Assembly (NCBI GenBank): GCA_951406725.2 | Contig: OX597837.1 | Span: 7,750,001-7,814,000, forward strand | Length of the DNA stretch: 64,000 nucleotides | Direction of reading: 5' to 3' | Source of the DNA: Octopus vulgaris | Taxonomy: Eukaryota | Shown here: one piece after another, positions 25,082 to 37,384 of the stretch | Layout: each line of letters starts with the position of its first letter | Numbering within the stretch: the first letter of the stretch is position 1 | Notes under the pieces: model-generated | What the model saw: the letters and a program-made list of their open reading frames with translations, nothing else | What the model was told of the DNA's origin: nothing | Databases searched by the model: none | Translations under genes and position numbers: made by a program

Positions 25082-25398
25082 CAAAAAATAAGCAACAAGA
25101 ATGGATCCGGTAGTTTAGTACAATTGTTTCATACTATAACAATTTATTAAAGCTGCAAATATTACAGCAAATATAATATGTCAAGTAATCTTCAGCTAAT
25201 TTCATATAGGTTTTCCAATAATGTAAAGTTCTCAAATCAATAGTATGAAACAATTGTACTAAATTACCGGATCCATTCTTGTTGCTTATTTTTTGGTTAT
25301 AATCACCCCACATAATTTTATGGGTAATACCATAAAAAATTCTGGTGCATCTAAGTTAAGTACCATATTCATTTGAATTTAAATTGTTTTGCTGAAAT
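25080..25398. mobile_element. Fold-back element in (TA)n with a one-sided extension
   Basis: Near-perfect 57-bp inverted arms 25080-25136 / 25241-25297; both flanks are (TA)n. Confidence 0.65.
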
Positions 25399-25417
25399 TA
25401 TATATATATATATATAT

Positions 25418-25659
25418 ACCGGAGTAAACACATAAATGTGAAACAAGGTGGAAAAAAGAGTACTCAAATACCAGTGGTAGAGTAATATGCTTTATTCAAA
25501 AGCAGCAGAACATTCAACAAAACCTGTTACTCTGAGTTTCATGTTCCTGTTCGTTGGACAGTTTTTGCTAAATTCTAGATTCTAGCAAAAACTGTCCAAC
25601 GAACAGGAACGTGAAACTCAGAGTAACAGGTTTTGTTGAATTTTCTGCTGCTTTTAAAT

Positions 25660-25662
<3 letters not shown>
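25418..25662. mobile_element. Fold-back element in (TA)n carrying a hammerhead-like motif in each arm
   Basis: About 80-bp arms 25491-25570 / 25583-25661; CTGT-CCAACGA-ACA-GGAA-CGT-GAAA-CTC-A-GAG-TA-ACAG at 25592-25629; a single-arm copy lies at 57865-58009. Confidence 0.65.
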
Positions 25663-25699
<37 letters not shown>

Positions 25700-26445
25700 C
25701 ACAGACATACACGCAAATGCAGTGCTGTTACGACAAAGAATTTACCAATGAGAGCATAACGATAATTAGAATCAAATTTATTGCCAAATTCGCTTTGACT
25801 AGGACTTTGAGCTTTGCTTGATGTTTGATTCAGCTATTTGACTTGTACCATAAGTTGTTAAGTGAAACTTCATGTCCCAATCAAAGCAAATTTATTTTCA
25901 CACACTCTCCCTATACACACACACATGCTTACATCCACATCTACACGCATATCTGTATCAATATCGTGATCATTACCAACGTCACTTCACTGGCACCTGT
26001 GCCGGTGGCACATGTAAAAAGATTCGAGCGAGGTCGTTGCCAGTACCGCCTGACTGGCCCCCATGCAGGTGGCAGGTAAAAAGCACCCACTACACTCTCG
26101 GAGTGGTTGGCATTAGGAAGGCCATCCAGCTGTAGAAACTCTGCGAGATCAAGATTGGAGCCTGGTGCAGTCAAAATCGTCCAACACATGCAGCAGCATG
26201 GAAAGCAGACGATTAAACGATGATATAATGATGATATATATATATATATATATATATATGATCCCCATTCACGATAGGCTATCAGATGTTGATTCAGCTA
26301 TTTGACGTACATAAGTTTCACAACACATGCCAGCATGGAAAGCAGACGTTAAACGATGATAATGATGATACGCCCGGTGCTGGGAATCGAAACCGCGATC
26401 CTAAGACTGCGAGTCCGCTGCCCTAACAACTAGGCCATTGCGCCT

Positions 26446-26480
<35 letters not shown>

Positions 26481-26484
<4 letters not shown>

Positions 26485-26790
26485 TATGATCCCCATTAGC
26501 GACCAGGCTATCAGATGTTGCTACACGTCGCTGGTCACAATGCGCTTCGCATTGTTTTTTAGCCTTCAACTGACGCCACCCCGCTGGCTAAGCGAGCAAG
26601 CCAACAGAAGAAAGAGTGAGAGAAAGTTGTGGCGAAAGAGTACAGCAGGGATCGCCACCACCTCCTGCCGGAGCCTCGTGGAGTTTTAGGTGTTTTCGCT
26701 CAATGAACACTTACAACGCCCGGTCTGGGAATCGAAACCGCGATCCTAAGACTGCGAGTCCGCTGCCCTAACAACTAGGCCATTGCGCCT

Positions 26791-26792
<2 letters not shown>
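26481..26792 (-). mobile_element. tRNA-derived SINE family C2 (tRNA-Arg-like head)
   Basis: Minus strand GGAGGCGCAATGGCCTAGTTGTTAGGGCAGCGGACTCGCAG…GGTTTCGATTCCC; the 5' half is shared with C1 but the 3' body differs. Confidence 0.8.
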
Positions 26793-26841
<49 letters not shown>

Positions 26842-27554
26842 GTAGATAGACAGCCAACGACTGATTTCCATTTTTTTTTTATGTTTATGTATTTCACTTG
26901 TTTTTCCCTCATTTGTTTATGTATTTCATGTTATTTGCACCATTGGTGACGTCCTGTACCCATATATATATATATATATATAATTTTATAATTTATAATT
27001 TATTATTCAATTGGACACAATGTATCCATTTCCAAGTAAGTTTATATATTATTTTTTATTATTATATATATATATATATATATATGTATACAAACTCACA
27101 CACGTACACTACATAAACATACATTCACACGTACACTATATATATATATATATATACACACACATACATATCTTTTACTCATTTTAGTTATTAGACTGTG
27201 GCCATGCTGGAGCACTGCCTTGAAGAATTTTAGTCGAAACATATCGACCCCAGCACTTATATTTAAAACCTGGTACTTAGTCTATCAGTCATTTGTCAAA
27301 CTGCTAAGTCACAGGTATGTAAACAAACTAACACCAGTTGTCCAGCAGTGGTATGGGAACAAACACACACACATAATGGGCTTCTTTTAGAAGACCCTTG
27401 GGTCTTTCATGCCATCAAGTGCAGTGTCCCTTCAATTGGAAATAGGTGAGGATTGGTGACAGGAAGAGCATCCAGGTGCAGAAGGTAAACTTTAGCAAAT
27501 TTTGGCAAATCTATGGAAGCATCACGATGCCATGAAGATGATGATGATGGGGCT

Positions 27555-27968
27555 AGCGGTGAGCTGGCAGAAACGTTAGCACGCTGGGCGAAATGCGTAG
27601 CTGTACTTCGTCTGCTTTTATGTTCTGAGTTCAAATTCCGCCGAGGTCTGCTTTGCCTTTCATCCTTTTGGGGTCGATTAAATAAGTACCAGTTACGCAC
27701 TGGGTCGATATAATCGACCTAATCCGTTTGTCTGTCCTTGTTTGTCCTCTCTGTGTTTAGCCCCTTGTGGGTAGTAAAGAAATAGGTATTTCGTCTGTGT
27801 TACGTTCTGAGTTCAAATTCCGCTGAGGTCTGCTTTGCCTTTCATCCTTTTGGGGTCGATTAAATAAGTACCAGTTACGCACTGGGGTTGATATAATCGA
27901 CTTAATCCGTTTGTCTGTTCTTGTTTGTCCTCTCTGTGTTTAGCCCCTTGTGGGTAGTAAAAGAAATA
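27555..27968 (+). mobile_element. SINE family B with a tandem duplication of its body
   Basis: A full copy is followed directly by a second copy starting at GTATTTCGTCTG; the same layout occurs on the minus strand at 31250-31675 and 42565-42968. Confidence 0.85.
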
Positions 27969-28575
27969 GATGATGATGACGGGGGGTGGTGATGATGATG
28001 ATGTTGATGATGACAAGGATGAGGATGATGATGATATTGATAACAATGATTGATGATGATGATGGCAAAGATGATGATGACGATGATGATGGTGATGATT
28101 TAAGGTTTAGGAAAATTCAATGCTAAGGCTTAGAATGTGTTGAAAAAAAAAACAACAAAAAACCAAACTTTGTTATTTATAATTCTGTTACACAAAAATA
28201 TGATTAACAAAAAAAGGTAAGAAAAACAAAAAAAAATGTTTTTTTTCTGTACTTATTCTTTAAATTTTTCAACTCTAAAAACCGATTTTAATTCTGTTTT
28301 TATTTAATCTCCAGTGTACCAGTAATTTTGGTTTATCTAATATTCATGTTGCAATAAATTTTTTCTTTTGTGTGTGTTTTTGTACTTGATCTCTCCATCA
28401 TACTGCGGCATTAAGATCGGTGCGGTGGGTGGGGGAAACCATCGTTTTAAACAAACTATGGAGCAAAAGAGGAGACATAATCTATAATACATGAAATGCA
28501 TTTGTTTGTAAGACAACTGATAAGCTATGGAACAACAGTGGAGACATAATCTATAATAATAATAATAATAATAAT

Positions 28576-28710
28576 GAGCAAAACATCCCCCGTCCAATGG
28601 ACGGTGCTGAGTTGTCAAACATTTAAACCAAATTTTCTCAAAACAACTTGCCCGACCGTCCCATAGGCCTCCCCTTTGAGAAACACTGATTTAACCTAAA
28701 TTTGAGACAC
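28576..28710 (-). mobile_element. 3' fragment of the Helitron family at 7718-8103
   Basis: Reverse complement of about 7968-8101, including the CCGTCCA-N-TGGACGG hairpin. Confidence 0.8.
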
Positions 28711-28951
28711 CAGCAAAAGAAGAAATAAAGATAGAATTTTTTTTCTATTCCAAAGAAAAACGACTTTATTCATACAAATATGCAACCGAAGTGTTTAAAG
28801 TACCAGTAATGGATAAGGCTGTTGACTGGGAGAACACAAACATGGTTTATACAGTAAGCTTGGCAGGAAAGAAACCTGCCTTTAAGCAGTACAAAAACAA
28901 CAAAAAATGGAAGGTGCAGTTATTATTATTATTATTATTATTATCATCATT

Positions 28952-29590
28952 AGGGCGGTGAGCTGGCAGAATCGTTAGCACATTGGATAAAATGCTTAGT
29001 GGCATTTCGTCTGCCTTGACATTCTGTGTTCAAATTCCGCTGATGTCAACTTTTCCTTTCATTCTCTCGGAATCAATAAATTAAGTACCAGTAAAGTACT
29101 GGGGTCAATGTAATTAACTAGTCCCCTCCAACAAAATTTCAGACCTTGTGCCTTTAAGTAGAAAGGATTATTATTATTATCATTATTGTTATTGTTAAGG
29201 CGTCGAGCTGACAGAATCGTTAGCATGCCAGGGGAAAATTCTTATTGGCATTCCGTCCAGCTTTATTAGGTTCTGAGTTCAAATTCCGCCAAGGTCAATA
29301 AATTAAGTACCAGTGAAACATTGGGGTTGATGTAATCGACTCATTCACCTTTCCCCAAATTGCAGCCCTTGTAGCAAAATTTGAAACTATTATCATTGTG
29401 GTTAAGGTAGCGAGCTGGCAGAATTGTTAGCACACCAGGTTAAATGCTTAGCGCCATTTTATCTGTCTTTACATTCTGAGTTCAAATTCCGCTGGGGTCA
29501 ACTTTGCCTTTCATCCTTGGGGTGGGGGTGTCAATGAATTAAGTACCAGTGAAACACTGGAGTTGTTGATGTTACCAATTATTCCCCTGG
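28952..29590 (+). mobile_element. Three head-to-tail older family B-related SINEs separated by (ATT)n tails
   Basis: Starts at about 28952, 29198 and 29405, each GAGCTGGCAGAAT…GTTCAAATTCCGC. Confidence 0.8.
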
Positions 29591-30217
29591 TCTTCCATAA
29601 ACAACCTTACCTGGACTTGTGCCTCGGAGGGGAAAGCTTCTAGGTGCAATCCCATGGTCACTCATGACCAAAGGGGATCTTGACCCTTTTTACTTTGACA
29701 GAGTAATCTGAACTCTAAGGGGGTTAAACTGCATCTGATAATGGGGCTTTCGTTCAGGAATTCCAGGGTTTTGAGGAGCACGAACTTTCCGGACAACCCA
29801 ATAGAAATAGTTGGGAACTGGGGCAGATAGAACAGTAATTATTCCAGGAATTCACAGATCTAGATATGTCTGGGTTCTGCTACTAGTAATGTAATATATT
29901 AGAAATATTGGTGTTAAGAACACCGAAGGAATTTTCTTTAATTAGTAAATTCTGTCTTTGGTTCTGAGACTAGCAGTGGGATAAAATTAGGTTTGTTTAA
30001 CCCTTATGCTCCAATCTATTCTGTCAAAATGGCAATTCACCTGATTGGACCAATAGATATGTTGCGATAATATTTGGATTCTAAAGGAAGTGACATGTTT
30101 ATTGTATATATATTGATTACTAAAACATAATAAATGTGTGTGTGTGTGTATATACACACATCTACAAACGTGTATATACTCATATATATATATTCATACA
30201 CATATACAAATATGTAT

Positions 30218-30265
<48 letters not shown>

Positions 30266-30459
30266 GTGTACACATTTATACATATATGTATACGCACACA
30301 TAAAGATATATATATAAACATATATACATATATGTATATATATATTCACATATACATATGTATGCACATATATACATACATAGATGCATACATACATATA
30401 TATGTATATTCACATATATATATATAGTACATACTTGCTCATACATATACATACATACC

Positions 30460-30504
<45 letters not shown>

Positions 30505-31249
30505 GTCTACTTACATATATACATATATACACACACATCTACTTACATATACATATATATACACACACATATACACATGTCTGCTTACATATATATATAT
30601 ACACACGTCTACTTACATATATATATACACATACATACATACACACATCTACTTACATATATATATATATATACACATATATATATATATATACACACAC
30701 ACTATACGTGTACTTATATACACATTGCTACATAGACATAAATATTAAAAACAAATTAAAAAGTAAAAGTTTAAATTTTATTAACACATTTCAATAAAAT
30801 TATTATTACATCCGTCATCATATATTAAAATTCTTCAAAAGGCACACCGCCACCGCCATCACCACCCCACCTACACTAGCGCCACCACTCTCATCATCAT
30901 CATCACCATCATCTTCAATATCTAGCATCGCAAGTTATTGAAGTATATCCTGAGATCTATTTACCAATAAATCTTCATAAAGATCAAACCACAAGCCGAT
31001 ATGAAGTGGCATCACCGTCTTCTGTGTTCTTCCCACCTCTTCTCCCACACCTTGTAATCTTCAATAACATCCACTCAAAGAAAAATTACACACCTTGAAG
31101 GTTATTTGCACATTAATATCATTTCCATGCCTTGACAACAGAATCTAGAATCGAGAGGCCTAAGAGCAAAATCTCACCAAAGACTAGAAGTATTTGTAGA
31201 AGAGAAGACAGGACCTTGGTACCATCAGAGAAATGGCTATACTCATTAT

Positions 31250-31675
31250 CTGTTTCTTTATTAACCACGAGGGGCTAAACATAGAGGGGACAAACAAGGA
31301 CAGACAAATGGATTAAGGCGATTACATCGACCCCAGTGCGTAACTGGTACTTAATTTACTTAATTTATCGACCCCGAAAGCATGAAAGGCAAAATCGACC
31401 ACGGCGGAATTTGAACTCAGAACGTAATGGCAGACGAAATACCTATTTCTTTACTACCCACAAGGGGCTAAACATAGAGGGGACAAACAAGGACAGACAA
31501 ATGGATTAAGTTGATTACATCGACTCCAGTGCGTAACTGGAACTTAATTTATCGACCCCGAAAGGATGAAAGGCAAAGTCGACCTCGGCGGAATTTGAAC
31601 TCAGAACGTAGCGGCAGACGAAATACCGCTAAGCATTTTGCCCGGCATGCTAACGATTCTGCCAGCTCGCTGCCT
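31250..31675 (-). mobile_element. SINE family B with duplicated body
   Basis: Two successive GGAATTTGAACTCAGAACGTA blocks. Confidence 0.85.
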
Positions 31676-32366
31676 TATTCTCATTATCATCATCATCATC
31701 ACTTTACCATCCACTTTTCCATGATTGCATGGATCGGACGAAATTTTATAGAGACAGAATTTTGAACAGTTGGATGCTCTTCCTGTCAACAACCTTACCT
31801 ATTGCTAATGTGTAGTGTACCCACATCTTGTGACTCCCTTCGGTCATGAATGACCATGAGATTGCACCTAGAAAGTTACCCTCCGAGACACAAATCCAGG
31901 CAAGGTTGTTCATGGAAGACCAGCAGTCACCCAACCATACCAGCCTTCCCTCTTCACACCACCAATGTTATCCAAGGGAAAGGCAAAGGGACCGATACAG
32001 CTTGGCACCAGTGATATCGCAGCTCTTTTATTAACTTGCAAGTGGCTGAGTGCTCCACAGACACACGTACCCTTTTTTTTAGGAGGGGATAGCCACAACA
32101 AGACATATACCAGGCATTCCATTCATTTCCCAGCTCAGCGGGGCCAGCCCCGTTTTATGCTCAGGTCAAGGCATAGAATGCAACCCCCATATACATACAC
32201 ACTGCCATATATATTGACATATACACATCAGTGTATATGAGAGTGTGTGTGTGTGTATGTATATTTTGAGTGTACGGTTACATGTATGACTACTATTGTA
32301 TGACTTAGAGTACCATATAGATCATCCTTATCCAATCAGCTTCCAGTACAGTGGTCAGTTGACCAC

Positions 32367-32776
32367 TCTCTTTTACTCTTTACTCTTTTACTTGTTTTAG
32401 TCATTTGACTGCGGCCATGCTGGAGCACTGCCTTTTATCGAGCAACTCGACCCCGGGACTTATTCTTTTGTAAGCCCAGTACTTATTCTATCGGTCTCTT
32501 TTGCTGAACCGCTAAGTGACGGCGACGTAAACACCATCATCGGTTGTCAAGCAATGCTAGGGGGACAAACACAGATACACAAACATACACACACATATAT
32601 ATACATGTATACGACGGGCTTCTTTCAGTTTCCGTCTGCCAAATCCACTCACAAGGCTTTGGTCGGCCCGAGGCTATAGTAGAAGACACTTGTCCAAGGT
32701 GCCACGCAGTGGGACTGAACCCGGAACCATGTGGTTGGTAAACAAGCTACTTACCACACAGCCACTCCTGTGCCTA
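32367..32776 (-). mobile_element. SINE family A, full length
   Basis: Complete from the head (TAGGCACAGGAGTGGCTGTG) to the (AGTAAAAG)n tail. Confidence 0.9.
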
Positions 32777-32838
32777 CTTTATAGTTATTAGTTATGATTT
32801 GCATAGAGCAAATGTAGGGGAAAATTAAGATAAACACG

Positions 32839-33303
32839 AACATAAATTGTGACTAAAGTTTGGTGGAAGATTTTAATTCAGAACTTATGAAAACAAGACA
32901 TTTATACTACAGAGCCAGCGCTGGTTTCAGCCGGGTTGGTAAAGAAAGGGTTAAGGCCCACATTTCCATGTTTGCAAAATTAGGAATCAAAGAGAGCCAA
33001 TAGGTGAAAAAATGGTTGAGAAACACTAATAAGGATAATCTATCAATTAGATTCTGTCAACCAAAATTCTTTTTGCAATGCTTCTGGCTGAGACAAAGAA
33101 TTCATTGCAGAAAATATTTTTCAAAGATTTTGCAAAATGGGACTGAATTTGGAACTGCAATTTAACCAATCTAACTTCTTAAACACAGCCATGTTTATTG
33201 CTCATAGCTATAGTCTGCAGACACAAGGAATACCTTATCATCATCACTATTTAACCCTTTTGTTACCGTATTTCTTTTGAGATGCTCTGTATTTCTTTCA
33301 ATT
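32839..33303 (-). repeat. Inverted duplicate of 16530-16949 plus 17390-17420
   Basis: The reverse complement matches the MITE end, the unique spacer (16587-16864) and the next MITE start, but lacks the 16950-17377 insertion. Confidence 0.9.
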
Positions 33304-33304
33304 A

Positions 33305-33380
<76 letters not shown>

Positions 33381-35194
33381 CAGGCTCCTTTCATTTTCCA
33401 TCTACCAAATTCACTCACAAGGCTTTGGTCAGCTCGAGGCTATAGTAGAAGACACTTGCCAAAAGTGCCTCACAGTGGGACTGAACCCAGAACCATGTGG
33501 TTGGTAAGCAAGCTTCTTACCACACAGCCATGCTTGCACCTGTATATCTCTCATTAGTATGTAACCAATATATACTTCTCTATTTAAGAAGGTAATGTGT
33601 GACATGAGAGGCGATTTCGCTGTTGTTTCTAACAGGTTAGGTGACTGACTCAGCCATGCAGAAACACTGTTTGTAGGGTGTGAAGGAGTGGGAGTCGTGA
33701 AAGGAGAGTCATTTGAAAGGGGAAAAAAAGAAGAAGTGGGGAAGATCGTCAGCAAAGATTGAACAAAGAGCAGATGTTGAGACATTTAAATGTAACGAAA
33801 TCAGACAAGATGCTAACACATTGACACTCAGACACACACAGACACATACACACACTAATAGTAGAGAGAGAATATGCACACACAAATGCATACACAATAC
33901 ATACACACACAAACAGCAAAGAGAATACACGCACACACACAAAGATACATACACAATATACAGACACACACAGATGCATATACAATACATACACACATAC
34001 ACATATACAAACAGCAGAGCAAGAATACACACACACACACACACACACACAGATGCATACACAATGCATAGACACACAAACAGCAGACAATACATACACA
34101 CTCACACACATGCACAATATACACACACACACACACACACATGCACAATATACAGACACACACACACACACATGCACACAATACACACACACATACATAC
34201 AGATTCATACACAATATACAGACACATACACACACATATGCATACACAATATACACACACACAGGCACAAGCACACACACACACAGGCACATACACACAC
34301 ACACACATGCACACAAAACTTGCACCAAAAAAAATTCTGCAATAAACCGAAAATCTGATTAGTATTGGTATAAGTGAACTCAATGCGAAGAACAAAATAA
34401 TAGGAATACACATACAGGTGGACACACAGACACACACATATACAGACTATAGCAATTATCAATTACAGTCAGAGCACAATAATCAAAAACTAAAGCAAAC
34501 TGATGGAAAAGTGAAGGAACATGGCCACAGAATGGAATGGAATGGAAAATGTGGAACATTATTTAGAATTTACCTTTTGTAAATCTAATAACGAGAGAAT
34601 AATATATGTCAAATACAGAGAGAGAGAGAGAGCAGAGAATGGTGTATATAAAGACAAGGAGCTGTATATAAGGGGGTGGGGGTGAAGAGAATGGTAGAGG
34701 AATGTGAAGAACACAAGAAAAATGGTGAAGTTGTCGTGGAAGGTTGGCGGGAGAGAGAAGTTTGAAGAAATTAAATGACAGAAGGACTGGAAGACAAAAA
34801 CTATGGAGATTGAAGAACTCTGAGACTGAAGAACTACAAAGACTAAAGAAGTATGAAGAACTGTGAAGATAGACGATGTATGAACACTGAAGAACTGGAG
34901 AACAGAAAAGTTCAAAGACAAAAAAATTATGAAGATACAAGAGTTTAATCTTTCTAATACCGTATTTGTTACATTTTTTTGTTTTTGTTTCAGTTAATTT
35001 TGAAAAATAATGAAGAATTTATTAAAATTACTTTAGCATTGTGAAGTTGGTTTTTGGGACAAAGTTGATATGGAATTCTGATGAAGGGTTTTAGTGCAGA
35101 TGACTTTAAAACATGGAATTTCTATCATAAATTCAGGTTGGTCTCAGACAGGAAACAGAACTAGAAGGCTGGCCTCAGATAAAACTAAAGACAG

Positions 35195-35583
35195 AAGATC
35201 AAAGAATTGGAAGACCAAAGAATTCGATGACCGAAGAATTCGAAGAACGAAGAATTCGAAGACCGAAGAATTCGAAGACCGAAGAATTCGAAGACCGAAG
35301 AATTCGAAGACCGAAGAATTCGAAGACAGAAGAATTCGAAGACCGAAGAATTCGAAGACCGAAGAATTCGAAGACAGAAGAATTCGAAGACAGAAGAATT
35401 TGAAGACAGAAGAATTCGAAGACAGAAGAATTCGAAGACAGAAGAATTCGAAGACTGAAGAATTTGAAGATCGAAGAATTGGAAGATCAAAGAATTAGAA
35501 GACCGAAGAATTAGAAGACCGAAGAATTGGAAGATTGAAGAATTAGAATACTGAAGGACTGGAAGACCGAAGAATTGGAAGAC
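35195..35583 (+). repeat. 16-bp minisatellite (GAAGAATTCGAAGACC/A)n, more than 20 units
   Basis: Direct inspection; homogeneous core with diverged edges; older degenerate units at about 34780-34940. Confidence 0.95.
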
Positions 35584-36039
35584 GTGAGTTTAAAGGTAAG
35601 AAGTATGAAGACATTAGAACTTGAAGACCGAAGACAAAAATTACCAACATACATAGATATATATTTATTTACTTCTACTTGCAGACAGATCTGTGCAAAA
35701 CAGGATTCATGGTGTGTGCGTGTGTGTGTGTACTTTATTTTTAGTTCCGTTGAAGTGAAAAGAAGAAAAAGACAGAACTACAGAAAGGAGAGTGAAGAAC
35801 CACGACTAAGACAAGTGAAGAAGACAAGCAGAAAAGAGAAAGAGAGAGAGACAAGAGTAAAAGAGAGGCAGAGAAAGAGAAATAGAGACAGATAGAGAGA
35901 AAGAATGTGAGAGAGAGAGAAGTAAAGACAAAGTAACAGAGAGAGACAGACATTGAAATAAAGAGAGAGAGAGTCAGAGAAAGTGAGAGACAGAAAAGAA
36001 AGATCTTGTGAGACAGATGGAGAGAGGGAGAAGCAGAAA

Positions 36040-36965
36040 TAAACTGACAGACAGACAGAGAAAGTAATAGAGAGAGAGAGAGACAGTCAAAGAAATAAAG
36101 AGAGACAGAAGAGACAGATAGAGAGAAAGCACATGAAAGAGAGAGAGAGAGAGAAGGAGACTGACAGATAGACAAAGTAAGAGAGAGAGAGAGAGAGTCA
36201 AAGAAAGGAAAAGGGACAGACAAAGAAAGAACTAGAGAGACAGATAGAGAGAAAGCACATGAAAGAGAGGGAGAGAGGGAGAGAGAGAGAGAGACTGACT
36301 GACAGACAGACAGACAAAGTAATAGAGAGAGAGAGTCAAAGAAATGAAGAAAGACAGAGAAAGAACTAGAGAGACAGATAGAGAGAAAGAGAGAGAGAGA
36401 GAAGGAGACTGACAGATAGACAAAGTAAGAGAGAGAGAGAGAGAGTCAAAGAAAGGAAAAGGGATAGACAAAGAAAGAACTAGAGAGAGATAGAGAGAAA
36501 GCACATGAAAGAGAGGGAGAGAGGGAGAGAGAGAGAGAGACTGACTGACAGACAGACAGACAAAGTAATAGAGAGAGAGAGTCAAAGAAATAAAGAAGGA
36601 CAGAGAAAGAACTAGAGAGACAGATAGAGAGAAAGAGAGAGAGAGAGAAGGAGACTGACAGATAGACAAAGTAAGAGAGAGAGAGAGAGAGTCAAAGAAA
36701 GGAAAAGGGATAGACAAAGAAAGAACTAGAGAGAGATAGAGAGAAAGCACATGAAAGAGAGGGAGAGAGGGAGAGAGAGAGAGAGACTGACTGACAGACA
36801 GACAGACAAAGTAATAGAGAGAGAGAGTCAAAGAAATGAAGAAGGACAGAGAAAGAACTAGAGAGACAGATAGAGAGAAAGAGAGAGAGAGAGAGAGAAG
36901 TTGACTGACTGACAGACAGACAAAGTAATAGAGAGAAAGAGTAAAAAAAAATAAAGAGAGACAGA
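36040..36965 (+). repeat. 246-bp higher-order tandem repeat built from (GA)n/(GACA)n
   Basis: The GCACATGAAAG anchor occurs at 36255, 36501 and 36747 (period 246), with a subunit copy at 36129. Confidence 0.9.
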
Positions 36966-37384
36966 GTGAGAAAGAATTAGAGGGACAGCAAGAGAGAAAG
37001 CACATATGTGATAGAGAGAGAGAGAGAGAAGAGTAGAAAAAGAAGGCTGAAGAATTAAAGAAAAGAAGAAGAAGATGAGGCAGCAGCGGCGACCATTTAC
37101 CATTCACCTTTTCAATGATAAATAGACATTTTTGTTGTCTTGTTAGTCATTTGTCTTTGCAGATTTACCATTCTTAGTTGGGGGTAAGAAAATCTGTGTT
37201 ACACAAGTCAGCTAGCTGCCGTTAATCTCTCTCTCTCTCTCTCTCTCTTTTAAGACATTGATGGCAGCAAAAGGGGTGGATGAGGCAGGAAGATGGTTGG
37301 GGTGCATAGATCGATGGATGAGTGGAATGCAATAAGCGAAAAACTTTTCCTCCTACAAAAGCACTCGAAAGCTTATGTTTGAAG

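Noticed and set aside
30920-31240. Possible coding sequence
   Set aside because: Stops occur in the frames read; faint similarity to a LINE ORF2 end (HRKLLKYIL…) suggests a decayed retroelement, too weak to call.
33195-33250. FLVSADYS resembling family A DNA polymerase motif A
   Set aside because: The following residues (YEQ then stop) do not fit SQxELR, and the upstream frame runs through a MITE and a microsatellite.
35094-35498. Repetitive charged ORF (RRIRRPKNSKTEEFED)n, or a CRISPR-like array
   Set aside because: It is a 16-bp tandem repeat without unique spacers; the peptide period is an arithmetic result of 3 x 16 bp.
36232-37107. 291-aa Ser/Leu-rich ORF
   Set aside because: Antisense reading of the GA-rich 246-bp satellite.
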